The notes beneath the pieces are model-generated. The model ran no database searches and was not told the DNA's origin. It worked only from the letters and a program-made list of their open reading frames with translations. DNA of 64,000 bases from Capsulimonadales bacterium. GTDB lineage: Bacteria; Armatimonadota; Armatimonadia; Armatimonadales; Armatimonadaceae. Each line of letters starts with the position of its first letter. The stretch's first letter is position 1. Below, in pieces: positions 9,921 to 19,513 of the stretch. The translations under genes were made by a program, and so were the position numbers. The DNA lies in NCBI GenBank assembly GCA_033762295.1, contig JANRLW010000069.1, forward strand, positions 120,110-184,109, in the 5' to 3' direction.

Positions 9921-11747
9921 TCAATCCGCCCCGGCAGAGGGCAGGCTTGCCGCCGCCTCGATCGCCGCCTTCCGCATCTGAATCGCCCTGAGCCGGTCCG
10001 CATCGAATTTTGGTTGACGGTCGAAGGTATACAGGCCGTTTTCCTCCGGATAGATGTCGGTCAACTGCGTATAGCAATAGCCGAACATATCCGGATGATC
10101 CAGAAGAACGTCGCACAGACCCTGAAACCGGGCGTAAAATTCCTCGATATTCCTGACACGCTCGCCGTACCCCCAGGATTCCCGGTTGTCGAACGCCGCG
10201 GGATTCCACCAGATGCCGCCGAACTCACTGACGAAATACGGTTGCCCCCGGTAGCCGACACTGACCGGCCGCCCGTCCGCCCCGTTGATGAACGGCTTTC
10301 CGTCGATCAGGGAGGCATGCCGATCGCGGAACGTCACCGGATTCTGGTCGTAATCGTGGCTGTCATACAGAGTGACCTCCGGGATGCGATGCGAATAGCC
10401 CGAGGCGTCGAGAACCGGGCGTGTGGGGTCCGTCGCGACGGTCGCCAGCCACATTCCGCGCGTGACGTCGTCCAGCGCCGTCATCCGGTCGGTCAGGTGC
10501 TGCCACGTCTCATTGAGCGGGCACCAGCCGATGATGGACGGGTGATTGTAGTCCCTCTCCAGCGCCTCAAGCCACTGGGTTATATACCCGGCATTCGGCT
10601 GCTGCGGTTCGGCGGACGGCCCGTACCCGTTGCACCCCCAATCACCGAACTCCCCCCAGAGCAGGTAACCGAGCCGATCCGCCCAGTAGAGGAAACGCTC
10701 CTCGAAAACCTTCTGATGCAGTCGCGCGCCGTTGAATCCGACCGCCAGGCTTCGCTCGATATCCCGCCGCAGTTCGTCGTCGCTCGGAGCGGTCATCACC
10801 GATTCCGGCCAGTATCCCTGGTCGAGGACGAGACGCTGGAAGATCGTCTCCCCGTTGATTTTGATCGCCTTGCCATCGATGGTCACCGACCGGAGACCGG
10901 CGTAGGACGTGGCCCGATCGACGACCGCGCCCTCCGGACCGAGCAGTTCCAGGGTCAGATCGTAGAGGTGGGGATCGGACGGCGACCAGAACCGCACACG
11001 GTCCTCGGGGACCGGAAGAGAAAGTCGGGGCGAGAGATCGCGATCGGTCGGCGTCTCGGCGACCGCGAGAACCTCGTCTCCTTCCCGGAGCGTAACACGG
11101 ACGGTGTACCCTGTTCGGTTCGCGCCCGGACCGCCCGCGTCCAGGGGCGTAACGATCTCAAATCTCCGGTTGCCGACATCGGGGGTGATACGCGGACGAC
11201 GGAACGCGATTTCCGGGACCGGTTCCATCCAGACGGTCTGCCAGAGGCCGGTGGTGCGGGTGTAGTGGCATCCGTGGGGAGCGAACCGGTCGGACTGCTT
11301 TCCCTGAGGTTTGGGGATTCCGTGCCGGTCACGCGCCCGAACGACGACGGTTACCGTCCGGTCACCCTCGATACTTCCGGTGATTTCCGTGGTGAAGGGG
11401 GTGAAGCCGCCACGGTGCCGTACCGCCTCCCGTCCGTTGACCCAGACGGTCGTTTCGTAATCGCTGGCCTGAAAGTGCAGCAAAACACGTCTCCCCGTCC
11501 ATTCGTCCGGAAGGCGGACGGTTCGCCGGTACCAGACGGCGTTCAGGAAATCGGTCCGGTGCACCCCGGACAGGGCGGATTCGGGGCAGAAGGGCACGAC
11601 GATCGTCTCGGCCAGGTCGCGCTCACGCAGTCCGCGTTCCAAACCGGAATCGCCGGGGTCCGCCTCGAACTGCCAGGAACCGTTGAGGCAAAGCCAGTCG
11701 GATCGAACGAACTGCGGGCGCGGGTATTCGGAACGAGGTACGGTCAT
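9921..11747 (-). CDS. Glycoside hydrolase family 2 (beta-galactosidase/glucuronidase-like)
   Basis: EYPRPQFVR, LNGSWQF, LDQGYWP, NHPSIIGWCPLNE, VSEFGG; SD GGAG before ATG 11747. Confidence 0.9.
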   Translation of the reverse strand: MTVPRSEYPRPQFVRSDWLCLNGSWQFEADPGDSGLERGLRERDLAETIVVPFCPESALSGVHRTDFLNAVWYRRTVRLPDEWTGRRVLLHFQASDYETTVWVNGREAVRHRGGFTPFTTEITGSIEGDRTVTVVVRARDRHGIPKPQGKQSDRFAPHGCHYTRTTGLWQTVWMEPVPEIAFRRPRITPDVGNRRFEIVTPLDAGGPGANRTGYTVRVTLREGDEVLAVAETPTDRDLSPRLSLPVPEDRVRFWSPSDPHLYDLTLELLGPEGAVVDRATSYAGLRSVTIDGKAIKINGETIFQRLVLDQGYWPESVMTAPSDDELRRDIERSLAVGFNGARLHQKVFEERFLYWADRLGYLLWGEFGDWGCNGYGPSAEPQQPNAGYITQWLEALERDYNHPSIIGWCPLNETWQHLTDRMTALDDVTRGMWLATVATDPTRPVLDASGYSHRIPEVTLYDSHDYDQNPVTFRDRHASLIDGKPFINGADGRPVSVGYRGQPYFVSEFGGIWWNPAAFDNRESWGYGERVRNIEEFYARFQGLCDVLLDHPDMFGYCYTQLTDIYPEENGLYTFDRQPKFDADRLRAIQMRKAAIEAAASLPSAGAD

Positions 11748-11768
11748 TGTTTTGTCTCCGGTCAAGGT

Positions 11769-12263
11769 TTAGAGGCGGGAATAGCTCCAGTAAAGAGGCT
11801 GCCCGGCTTCATAGGGCATCACGCCATGGAACGGACGCGGGTCGCCATCGAAGAGGAGGGGGAGGAAGTGGACATCGCCCGGCCAGAGCGGCAGTTTCAG
11901 ACCCAGCAGGTCCGCCGTCGGCACCCATTCCAGCGTTCCCTCCGGATTGGACCGATGCGGCGTGCCGGTCCATCCGGTAATCAGGAAGAGAAACCCGAAC
12001 CGGTCCTCCCGGTTTTTTCCGAATCTCGGCCAACTGATCGTGCCACGGAGCTCCATATCCGTGACGACGAGGCCGGACTCCTCGGAGATCTCGCGCCGCA
12101 TTCCGGTCGCAACGTCCTCGTCCGGGTCCAGCTTGCCACCCAGACCGTTGAATTTCCCGTAGGCGAGGTCATCCGGGCGGGTATTGCGATGGATCAGGAG
12201 AACACGCTGTCGGTCGGCGGAGAGAACGTAGCCCAATGTGGCGAGGACGGGTGTATACGGCAT
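11769..12263 (-). CDS. NUDIX hydrolase (8-oxo-dGTP diphosphatase-like)
   Basis: Nudix box GLGGKLDPDED...RREISEESGL; start MPYTPVLATL 7 nt after TATAAT. Confidence 0.88.
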   Translation of the reverse strand: MPYTPVLATLGYVLSADRQRVLLIHRNTRPDDLAYGKFNGLGGKLDPDEDVATGMRREISEESGLVVTDMELRGTISWPRFGKNREDRFGFLFLITGWTGTPHRSNPEGTLEWVPTADLLGLKLPLWPGDVHFLPLLFDGDPRPFHGVMPYEAGQPLYWSYSRL

Positions 12264-12632
12264 GGAAAAGATTATACCGAGCAATTTTGGCGTGTACGAA
12301 AACTCACAGCAAAGTCTTGAACCGGCCGTTCGTTGTCGGCGTCCGAAATATGGAAAGAGATTATCGACAAAGGAAGCGCGTTCCTCCTTCCGAGAGAGTG
12401 CGGCGGTGCGGAGTATTCTCCTGTGAATCAGGGAAACTCCTCCGGTAATTATGCAATAATCCGCAAGCAAATATGCGAAGAAAAATCATTCGGAACGTGT
12501 CTTAGTAAATGTGAGGGGAACGGCGATAAGGTTCCGGCTCCCGACCCAGGTAAGGTGGTTTCCAGCGGACAGGAGGCCTACCGTACGGAAGAAGAGGTAA
12601 GTCCGCAATTCATTTCGGAAGGAGACGACGTT

Positions 12633-12884
12633 ATGGAAGGAACACGAAACGTGAAGATCGTTTATGGATTCGGCGCGAATGTCGCCTTTGTGGTCGCTCT
12701 GCTGATCGCGACCGTGTGGGCTGCTTACAACACCCGCGCCGTTGCCCTTCTGCAGAACCGTATGCCGGCCGCGACCGCCCCGAACTCCGCTCCCGCCCCG
12801 GCAGTGTCGCCGGTGGGATCGGATCAGCCGGTCAAGGTCACGTTGAATCAGCCGTCCGCCCGGATCGTTCGGGATCGGATCTGA
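12633..12884 (+). CDS. Small single-pass membrane protein, unknown function
   Basis: SD GAAGGAG; one TM helix (FGANVAFVVALLIATVWAAY); followed by a hairpin. Confidence 0.6.
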   Translation: MEGTRNVKIVYGFGANVAFVVALLIATVWAAYNTRAVALLQNRMPAATAPNSAPAPAVSPVGSDQPVKVTLNQPSARIVRDRI

Positions 12885-12886
12885 AC

Positions 12887-12911
12887 GGCCACTCGTCGCC
12901 GACGAGTGGCC
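12887..12911. terminator. Hairpin between convergent genes
   Basis: GGCCACTCGTC-GCC-GACGAGTGGCC. Confidence 0.6.
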
Positions 12912-12956
12912 CCCCCGGTTCGTAGCCACCGGTTGTTTTTTCTTCTTTGATCTCCG

Positions 12957-13766
12957 TTATTCCAGAAAGCCCTGTTGCCGCAGAAATCCGGCGCAAGCCT
13001 GTCTCCACATCGACAGCACCTCATCGTTACCGCCCAGACCGTACCCGTGCCCCCCGTGGGCGTAGACCTGCATCGCGAACGGAACCCCGGCGGCGCTGAG
13101 CGCCAGCGCAAAATTCAGACTGTTTTCCACAGGAACCGGTTCGTCGTCACTGCTATGCACCAGAAGGATCGGCGGCGTGGCGGAGGTGACCTGTGAGTCG
13201 TTGCTCAGGCGCATCACCATTTCCGGCGAGGGGGCTTCCCCCAGCAGGTTCCGTCTTGAACCGGCATGGAAAAACGGCTCGGACATCGTAATCACCGGGT
13301 AGATCAGGACGGCGAAGTCGGGACGTGCCGACCGCCGTTCCACCGGGTCGGTGTCGTTGAGCGGGTCGAAGGAGTGAGTTGCGACGGTCGAGGCCAGATG
13401 CCCGCCGGCAGAGAATCCGAGGATGCCGATCCGCTGCGGATGCAACCCGCGCCGTTCCGCGGAGTGCCGGACGTATCGTACCGCGCGCGCCCCGTCCAGC
13501 GAGATCGCCGGGTACCGATACCGCGGTCCCAACCGGTATTTCAACACGAAGGCGGTGATACCCAGCGTATTGAGCCAGAGCGCCACCGGTTCCGCTTCGT
13601 GGGGGGCATGACCGCCATAACCGCCGCCCGGACAGACAATCACGGAGGTTCCGTTCGGCACGTCCGCCGGATAAGGCGTTATCAGGATACGGTCATCGTG
13701 GTCGTCGCTCAGGGCATAGGGAATATCCTCGTCGGGCCAGAGGGGTTCGGGTGGTTCGGCAGCCAT
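12957..13766 (-). CDS. Alpha/beta hydrolase (acetyl-xylan/feruloyl esterase-like)
   Basis: CPGGGY, GFSAGGH, DD.PV, HGYG. Confidence 0.88.
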   Translation of the reverse strand: MAAEPPEPLWPDEDIPYALSDDHDDRILITPYPADVPNGTSVIVCPGGGYGGHAPHEAEPVALWLNTLGITAFVLKYRLGPRYRYPAISLDGARAVRYVRHSAERRGLHPQRIGILGFSAGGHLASTVATHSFDPLNDTDPVERRSARPDFAVLIYPVITMSEPFFHAGSRRNLLGEAPSPEMVMRLSNDSQVTSATPPILLVHSSDDEPVPVENSLNFALALSAAGVPFAMQVYAHGGHGYGLGGNDEVLSMWRQACAGFLRQQGFLE

Positions 13767-13805
13767 TCATCACCTTTTCCTTCCGAACGGAAAGCCGCCC
13801 GGATC

Positions 13806-15155
13806 TCAGGCCGGAAATCGCCTACCGACCTCGAACAGTCTTTTCCACGCCGCTTCCGCATTCTCCTGTGCCGTTCCGAAGTCCCCCGTAGGCCGCAAAC
13901 CGGGCGGGTGGACGGGGGAACCGCCCGCCGAGCGGCAGGCTTCCGTCAGCCGATCCGTCACCTCCGCATGAAGGCGGAGCGCGTTGGCCGGGTCGCCGTC
14001 CGGATCGTCCGTTCGGTACCGAATTTCCAGCAGGCTGCCGTTCGGCGACGGATGACAGAGTTCGATAAACCCCTGGACCGAACGGCCCGCGAGGGCGGAT
14101 TGACACGAACGGAAGAGACCTTTTGATTTCGACCAGACGGAGGTAAAGGCGGCCAGATCGACAACGGTTCCCGGCTGGCCGTTGGCGGCGGCCCAGGCAA
14201 CATCATACCGCCGCTCGAACCACCGGTCGCCGATCTCCGGTCCGAGCGGTGTGCCGCCGATCTCCTGGCAGACGGCGTAGGCCAGCTGATAATGGCCGGT
14301 CTGGACGATTTCATCCCCCTCGAACGCCATCAGAAGCAGGGCGGGAACGTCGGCCAGCGCCGCGGCGGAGGCTCGATCGAGCAGACGCAACGCGGCAGGA
14401 CGGGCATCACTGCGGTAGATCAACCGCGCCGCGTCCGTTCCGGTCTCGAAGTCGGGAAAGGAGAAGACGGCGAAGGCGCGGGCTTCGGGCAGCGGGGACA
14501 TCCGTAGCGTTGCCGAGGTGACGACTCCGAACGCGCCTTCCGAACCGATCAGGAGATCGTGGCCGTCGAACCGGGTGTTCGCGCCCGGAGCCGGATCGGT
14601 GCGGACGATCGAGCCGTCGAACCGAACGATTTCGACCCCGGCCGTCAGATCGCGAATCCGTCCGTACTTGCCCGAGAGCCAACCGATCGCATTGGTCGCC
14701 ACCGCCCCCCCGACCGTGGACTGACGAAGAGTGCGGGGAAAATGTCCAAGGGTGTAGCCATGCCGGTTCAGCGTCTCCTCCGCCTGCTCGAACGCCATGC
14801 CCGCGCCGAGAGTCACCAGCAGAGATTCCTCATCCCAGGAAAGTTCCTGAAGCCGTTCGGTCATCAGCGCCAGCCAGGGGCGATCCTCGGGGGTGAAGGG
14901 ACGCAGGGAGGAGGCGCCGCCGACCGGGATCACGGAAAGACGTTGGCGATGGCACCACTCGGCCAGCGCGGCGACTTCGTCGACCGTACCGGGGAAAACG
15001 GCGGCGATCGGCAGGGCGACCTCGCCCATCTGCCGGGCCTTCAGGACGGTCGGCGCCCAGGCGGACACACCGCGGCGACGGGAATCCTCATCCGTTCGCA
15101 CATGGTCCGAACCGAGGAGAGCAATCAGCGGCGCTAGAGGAACGGAAGACAACAC
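13806..15155 (-). CDS. FAD-binding oxidoreductase (VAO/GlcD/alkyl-DHAP synthase family)
   Basis: STVGGAVAT, KYGRIRD, IGSEGAFGVVT. Confidence 0.82.
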   Translation of the reverse strand: MLSSVPLAPLIALLGSDHVRTDEDSRRRGVSAWAPTVLKARQMGEVALPIAAVFPGTVDEVAALAEWCHRQRLSVIPVGGASSLRPFTPEDRPWLALMTERLQELSWDEESLLVTLGAGMAFEQAEETLNRHGYTLGHFPRTLRQSTVGGAVATNAIGWLSGKYGRIRDLTAGVEIVRFDGSIVRTDPAPGANTRFDGHDLLIGSEGAFGVVTSATLRMSPLPEARAFAVFSFPDFETGTDAARLIYRSDARPAALRLLDRASAAALADVPALLLMAFEGDEIVQTGHYQLAYAVCQEIGGTPLGPEIGDRWFERRYDVAWAAANGQPGTVVDLAAFTSVWSKSKGLFRSCQSALAGRSVQGFIELCHPSPNGSLLEIRYRTDDPDGDPANALRLHAEVTDRLTEACRSAGGSPVHPPGLRPTGDFGTAQENAEAAWKRLFEVGRRFPA

Positions 15156-15197
15156 TCTGATCGTCAGTATACCCGACTTATTCGACCTACCCGACCG

Positions 15198-16580
15198 CTA
15201 CTTCCCGATGCAGAACCGGGCGAAGATACCGGCGATAATCTCCTCACGGGCGGTCTCGCCGGTAATCGCTCCCAGATGGCTCAGCGCGGCGAAAAGGTCG
15301 ACGGAGACCAGTTCGGGTTCCCCGCCCGATTCCAGGGTCTCCAGGCCGCGTTCGATACTCGTTCGGGCTTCCCGCAACGACCGTTCGTGTCGTATGGACG
15401 TCACCAGGGGAGCGACGCCGGTTTCGCTCTCTCCGGCAGTGGCCGCCGCCGCGATGGCGTGCGCCAGTTCCGGAAGTCCCTGACCCGTCCTGGCCGAAAC
15501 CGGAATCGCCGCCCATGGAAGAGAGTCGGACGGCAGGGAAAAATCGGGCGTAGCGCAGTCGGATTTGTTGATGGCAAGCACCACCGGACGTCCGCTGAGC
15601 GAGGACAGCAGGTCCAGGTCGTCCGCCGAGATCGGGGACGACGCATCGAGAACCCCGACCACGACGTCCGCGTCCGCCGCCGCCCGCCGCGCCCGTTCGA
15701 CGCCGATACGCTCCACCGGATCGTCCGTCCGGCGAAGTCCGGCGGTATCCAGGGCGCGAACCGGGATTCCGGCAAGGTTCAACTGCTCCTCGACGATATC
15801 GCGAGTGGTTCCGGGCAGCGGAGTGACGATCGCCCGGTCGGTGCCCGACAGAGCGTTCAGCAGCGACGATTTGCCGACATTGGGCCGGCCGGTCAGCACG
15901 ACCGTGATTCCCTCCCGGAGACGGCGTCCGTAATTCGCCCCCCGCAACAGATCGGACATGGCCTCACGTGCGTCCCGAAGAAGCGCGGAGATTGCGTCAA
16001 CGTCCGGGTCACCCACATCGTCCGGGAAGTCGATCGACGCTTCCAGGTAAGCCAGCGCCGTCCGAAGCAGGTCCGCGCACCGACGAACGGCGGCGGAAAG
16101 TTCTCCGCTCAACTGCCGGCGTGCCGCCCGTTGCGCGTCCACGGTCCCGGCGGCGATCATGTCAGCGATCGCTTCGGCCTGAGCGAGGTCAAGTTTGCCA
16201 TGGAGAAACGCCCGTTCGCTGAACTCGCCGGGCCGGGCGATCCGCGCTCCGGCGGTGAGAAAGGCATGCAGGAGGCGGGTCAGGTTGACCGTGCCTCCAT
16301 GGCCATGGAATTCGACCACGTGTTCGCCGGTGAAGGAGCGGGGGGCGGGAAAGCCGACGATCAGGCCGTCATCCAGGGTCTCGCCGGTATCGGGATCGAG
16401 AATGCGTGTCCGGTGAAGGGTTCGCGGCGGACGGCGTTCGAGCGGGGTGGGTTCGCGCGTCAGGCGGTCGGCGACGACAAACGCCTGCGGCCCGGAAAGC
16501 CGCAGGATTCCGACGCCCGCCGGGCCGACCGGGGTGGCGATGGCAACGATCGTGTCGTTCCGAGAGATTTCCGGCTTCAC
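15198..16580 (-). CDS. mnmE: tRNA modification GTPase MnmE
   Basis: DTIVAIATP, SFTGEHVVE, GRPNVGKSS, GTTRD, DTAG, NKSD, terminal FCIGK; start at GTG 16580. Confidence 0.96.
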   Translation of the reverse strand: MKPEISRNDTIVAIATPVGPAGVGILRLSGPQAFVVADRLTREPTPLERRPPRTLHRTRILDPDTGETLDDGLIVGFPAPRSFTGEHVVEFHGHGGTVNLTRLLHAFLTAGARIARPGEFSERAFLHGKLDLAQAEAIADMIAAGTVDAQRAARRQLSGELSAAVRRCADLLRTALAYLEASIDFPDDVGDPDVDAISALLRDAREAMSDLLRGANYGRRLREGITVVLTGRPNVGKSSLLNALSGTDRAIVTPLPGTTRDIVEEQLNLAGIPVRALDTAGLRRTDDPVERIGVERARRAAADADVVVGVLDASSPISADDLDLLSSLSGRPVVLAINKSDCATPDFSLPSDSLPWAAIPVSARTGQGLPELAHAIAAAATAGESETGVAPLVTSIRHERSLREARTSIERGLETLESGGEPELVSVDLFAALSHLGAITGETAREEIIAGIFARFCIGK

Positions 16581-17182
16581 GGGGTGGAGGAGGGCGGGTC
16601 CGGGAAAGGAACGTTTTCGAAGTTCGGAACGAACGGAACGGGCGGTCGGCTTCCGTTGGTGGCCGGCCCGGCAGGTCTGCCCGGAAGGTTCAGGTCGCCC
16701 GATCCGAGGGTTCCGCCGGCGGCTTCGGCGCGCGCGCGGGTGATTCCCTGCAGAACGGCCATTCCCTGGCGAACGGTCGCGTTGATCAGCCAGCCGGTGA
16801 CCAGCAGGTGGGCGACGGACGAGATAACGCCCCAGAGAATGGTCGCCCGCCCGAGTTCTGCCTTTCGTCGGTCGTCCAGCATGAGAAAGACGATTCCGAC
16901 GGGAACGGCGACGAACGGAAAGAGCAGGGCAAGGGCGACGGCGGCCCAGAGAGCGACGGCGGGGTCCGGGGCGTCGGCGGTCGCGGCATAGGGGACCGGT
17001 GTGGGAGCCGGATTCGCGGGACCCGCCGGAGCGACGGACGGTGGGGCGGAAGCGGGCGGACGTGGAGCGGCACCCGCGCCGGTCAGCGAGGTGCCGCACT
17101 TCCAGCAGGCGGCCTGCGTGGAGAAATTGTTCGCTCCGCAACGCGGGCAGATCGCTCGACCGGCGGTAGCTGCCATCCGCAA
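16577..17182 (-). CDS. Zinc-ribbon membrane protein
   Basis: CPRC...CWKC, Pro-rich linker, TM helices; translationally coupled to both neighbours. Confidence 0.7.
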   Translation of the reverse strand: MRMAATAGRAICPRCGANNFSTQAACWKCGTSLTGAGAAPRPPASAPPSVAPAGPANPAPTPVPYAATADAPDPAVALWAAVALALLFPFVAVPVGIVFLMLDDRRKAELGRATILWGVISSVAHLLVTGWLINATVRQGMAVLQGITRARAEAAGGTLGSGDLNLPGRPAGPATNGSRPPVPFVPNFENVPFPDPPSSTP

Positions 17183-17461
17183 TCAGTCCTTATCGTCGAA
17201 ATGCTGTTCGGTCCGTCCGTGACCGAAGGAGGAACTCGGATCGTTGGCGATGGAATTCCAGTCGAGTCCCGACCGCTGGAACACGAAGTAAGCGGCCGCG
17301 AGAAACGCGACAACGACCAGACCGATCAGGATGAAATTTCGACGTACCACGGCCGGATCGGTCTTCGGGCGCAAAACCTCGGTCGTGGTGTCGTTTCGAC
17401 CGGTCTGGTTGAAGGACTTGAGTCCCAGGCTGTTGGTCGGCTGGCTGTCGGGCTGTGGCAT
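17183..17461 (-). CDS. Small single-pass membrane protein
   Basis: TM helix FILIGLVVVAFLAAAYFVF; abuts the downstream gene. Confidence 0.6.
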   Translation of the reverse strand: MPQPDSQPTNSLGLKSFNQTGRNDTTTEVLRPKTDPAVVRRNFILIGLVVVAFLAAAYFVFQRSGLDWNSIANDPSSSFGHGRTEQHFDDKD

Positions 17462-17737
17462 AAAGCGTTCTTCCGGTCCTTTGCGGCCGTGCAATCGCGG
17501 GAACCTCCCGCGCTGCATATCGGGTAATTTTAAAGGGTTTGGTAACTTTGATTGTATCGCAAAACCAAGAGAAATCCGGGGCGCGGCTGCCGATAATTCC
17601 TGTAACAATGACAACGGGTAATTCTCTAAGAGAACGTGGAACCGGTCTGCGAACGGTTGGTGGTTCGTGGTCGGCAGAACGCGGGGCAGCCCGAACCTTC
17701 AAAGGCAAACCCTCGTTTCCCGGAACGGTAGCGTCAA

Positions 17738-18877
17738 ATGAAGCAGGTATCCAGGTTGGGTGATGAGGTCTGCGCCGAAATCCGTCCCCTTTTGTCGGTC
17801 GTGGCGGACGGTGAGGCAAGCACGGAGGAGACAGGACGGGTGAACGCCCATCTGTCGGGATGTGCCGCCTGTGCCTCCCATTTTGCATTTCTGCAGGCGA
17901 TGGACTCCGCCTTTCGTAACATACCGCGGGAGGCGGCCTCCGCGGCCGGCTACGAGCGGATTCGGATGGCGACCTTTGCCCGTCCGTCCCTTGGCGAACG
18001 TCTCCGCGGATGGCTCGCGCCGAACGGTCTTGCCATGGGGGTGGGAACGGTCGCCGTGGTGGGGATCCTCTCCTTTGTCCTTCTGCGGGTGAACGCGCCG
18101 ACCGCGCCGACCGCCGACCCTCCGGAAATGGCACAGCAAACTGCCTCCCCGACGCCGGCAGCGATCCCGTCCGCGATCCCTGCTCCCGTCCCGGTCGCTG
18201 ACCCGACTCCGACCGTCTCCATCGCGGCGGTCCCGACCGTTCCGACCGTCCCGACCGTGAAGCCGGACAGGAAAAACCCGACCATCGCTCGACGGGAAAA
18301 TCGGTCCGCACCTGCCGGGTCCGCCTCCCAACCCGTGATCCGGCCCGTGATCCGGAAACCGGTGCTCGTGGCGTCGAGTTCCGCGTCCTCCTCGACGAAA
18401 TCGACGGGACGAAAGCGGACGGCGGAGAAGTCCGTCGGCGCGCCGACCGTTCGACCCGTACGTATGGTGGCGAAATCGGTGCCGAACCCGGTAGCGAACC
18501 CGGTAGCGAACCCGGTGCGTCGTTCCCTGAAACCGATGGCGCGAATGAATACGCTTGCCGCGGTAAATCGCTCGGCCGAGACCCCGGTGGTGGCGGCTCC
18601 GGAACCGAGGACGGCGGCGATCGAATCGACGCCGGTGGCCGCTGCATCGTCCGGTCCGGTCCGGATCGCGCGTGTGGATCGGAATGTCGTTCCGGCCGCC
18701 GGGGTGACAAATGCGAACGACGGGTTCCGGTTGGCCGGCGCGGGAACGAATGCGCGAAATCTGCCTCGGGATCTGGACCTGGGCGGACTGCAGGTGCGCA
18801 GTGTCGCGGCGAATAAAACGTCCGCGACCCTGGTGACCGCGCCGCTGGATTCGCCGACGCCGACGGCGCGACGGTAG
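17738..18877 (+). CDS. Anti-sigma-factor-like protein (zf-HC2/ZAS domain, TM helix, low-complexity extracytoplasmic tail)
   Basis: C..IRPLLS..ADGE...HLSGCAAC (HxxxCxxC). Confidence 0.8.
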   Translation: MKQVSRLGDEVCAEIRPLLSVVADGEASTEETGRVNAHLSGCAACASHFAFLQAMDSAFRNIPREAASAAGYERIRMATFARPSLGERLRGWLAPNGLAMGVGTVAVVGILSFVLLRVNAPTAPTADPPEMAQQTASPTPAAIPSAIPAPVPVADPTPTVSIAAVPTVPTVPTVKPDRKNPTIARRENRSAPAGSASQPVIRPVIRKPVLVASSSASSSTKSTGRKRTAEKSVGAPTVRPVRMVAKSVPNPVANPVANPVRRSLKPMARMNTLAAVNRSAETPVVAAPEPRTAAIESTPVAAASSGPVRIARVDRNVVPAAGVTNANDGFRLAGAGTNARNLPRDLDLGGLQVRSVAANKTSATLVTAPLDSPTPTARR

Positions 18878-19075
18878 TCTGCCAGCACACCGGTTTTCAG
18901 CCTGCGTCGGAACTTTTGGACCGGTTTATGGTAGAATATACTGGCGGAGACCGCAAGAATCGGCTCGGATTGGCTGACGAACGATTCCGCTTCGCCCGGT
19001 TCGGTTCGGCAGGTCCCGTTCGGAACCGCCGGAGGGAGAACGGCGCCACCCCGTTCTCGCCGCAGGAGGTAGAGC

Positions 19076-19456
19076 ATGAGTAGTCGTACCGCGATTCGTT
19101 GTAGTTGTGGGCAGCGCATCGGCCAACGCGAAGTGATGCACACCGGCTACTACCCGCGGATGTTCGGCCCGAGTCTGGTTTGCGTCCGCTACCGCTGTTC
19201 CCGCTGCAAGAAACTGGGAGAGCAGTATGTCCGGCAGGAGGAGTGGGAAAACGGGATTCTAAAGGATGCCACGGTGGAGATGAACGGATCGGAGAAGGAG
19301 CGATTTGCCGCTCTGGGACCGATCGAAATGGGCGAACTGGTCGAGTTTCATCAAGCGCTGGAAAAACTTCCGACCCTGTCGGATCTCAATAAGGAATTTC
19401 GCAAGCCGGAATCGTCCGGAACGGAAAATACGGGCTCGAATCGCGAGGATGCCTGA
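19076..19456 (+). CDS. Hypothetical Zn-binding protein
   Basis: SD AGGAGG; CSC and CSRC motifs; followed by a terminator. Confidence 0.75.
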   Translation: MSSRTAIRCSCGQRIGQREVMHTGYYPRMFGPSLVCVRYRCSRCKKLGEQYVRQEEWENGILKDATVEMNGSEKERFAALGPIEMGELVEFHQALEKLPTLSDLNKEFRKPESSGTENTGSNREDA

Positions 19457-19476
19457 TCGAGCCCTGCGCACGGAAA

Positions 19477-19509
19477 GAACGGGCGAACCCCCAGCGGGTT
19501 CGCCCGTTC
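19477..19509. terminator. Hairpin terminator between convergent genes
   Basis: 14-bp stem GAACGGGCGAACCC / GGGTTCGCCCGTTC. Confidence 0.7.
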
Positions 19510-19513
19510 GCTT

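Noticed and set aside
9918..12320. Long ORFs antisense to real genes (e.g. 9918-12320 +, 21492-24203 -, 43234-45309 -, 56543-58486 +, 1504-2976 -)
   Set aside because: Shadow ORFs typical of high-GC DNA; no motifs, and the opposite strand encodes recognisable proteins.
16581..17141. Apparent 187-aa N-terminal extension of MnmE
   Set aside because: It overlaps the zinc-ribbon membrane gene in another frame; MnmE similarity starts at GTG 16580.
17700..17737. AAAGGCAAACC resembling the start of a c-di-GMP-I riboswitch
   Set aside because: No GNRA-capped stem or downstream GACGCAAAG-type element; too little space before the ATG.
18225..18516. Short tandem repeats as a possible CRISPR or repeat array
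   Set aside because: In-frame 9-12 nt coding repeats with no spacers; no cas genes in the window.
3943..19509. Intergenic palindromes as a REP/MITE family
   Set aside because: The hairpins at 3943, 6910, 7753, 12887 and 19477 share no sequence and lie at gene 3' ends, consistent with terminators.
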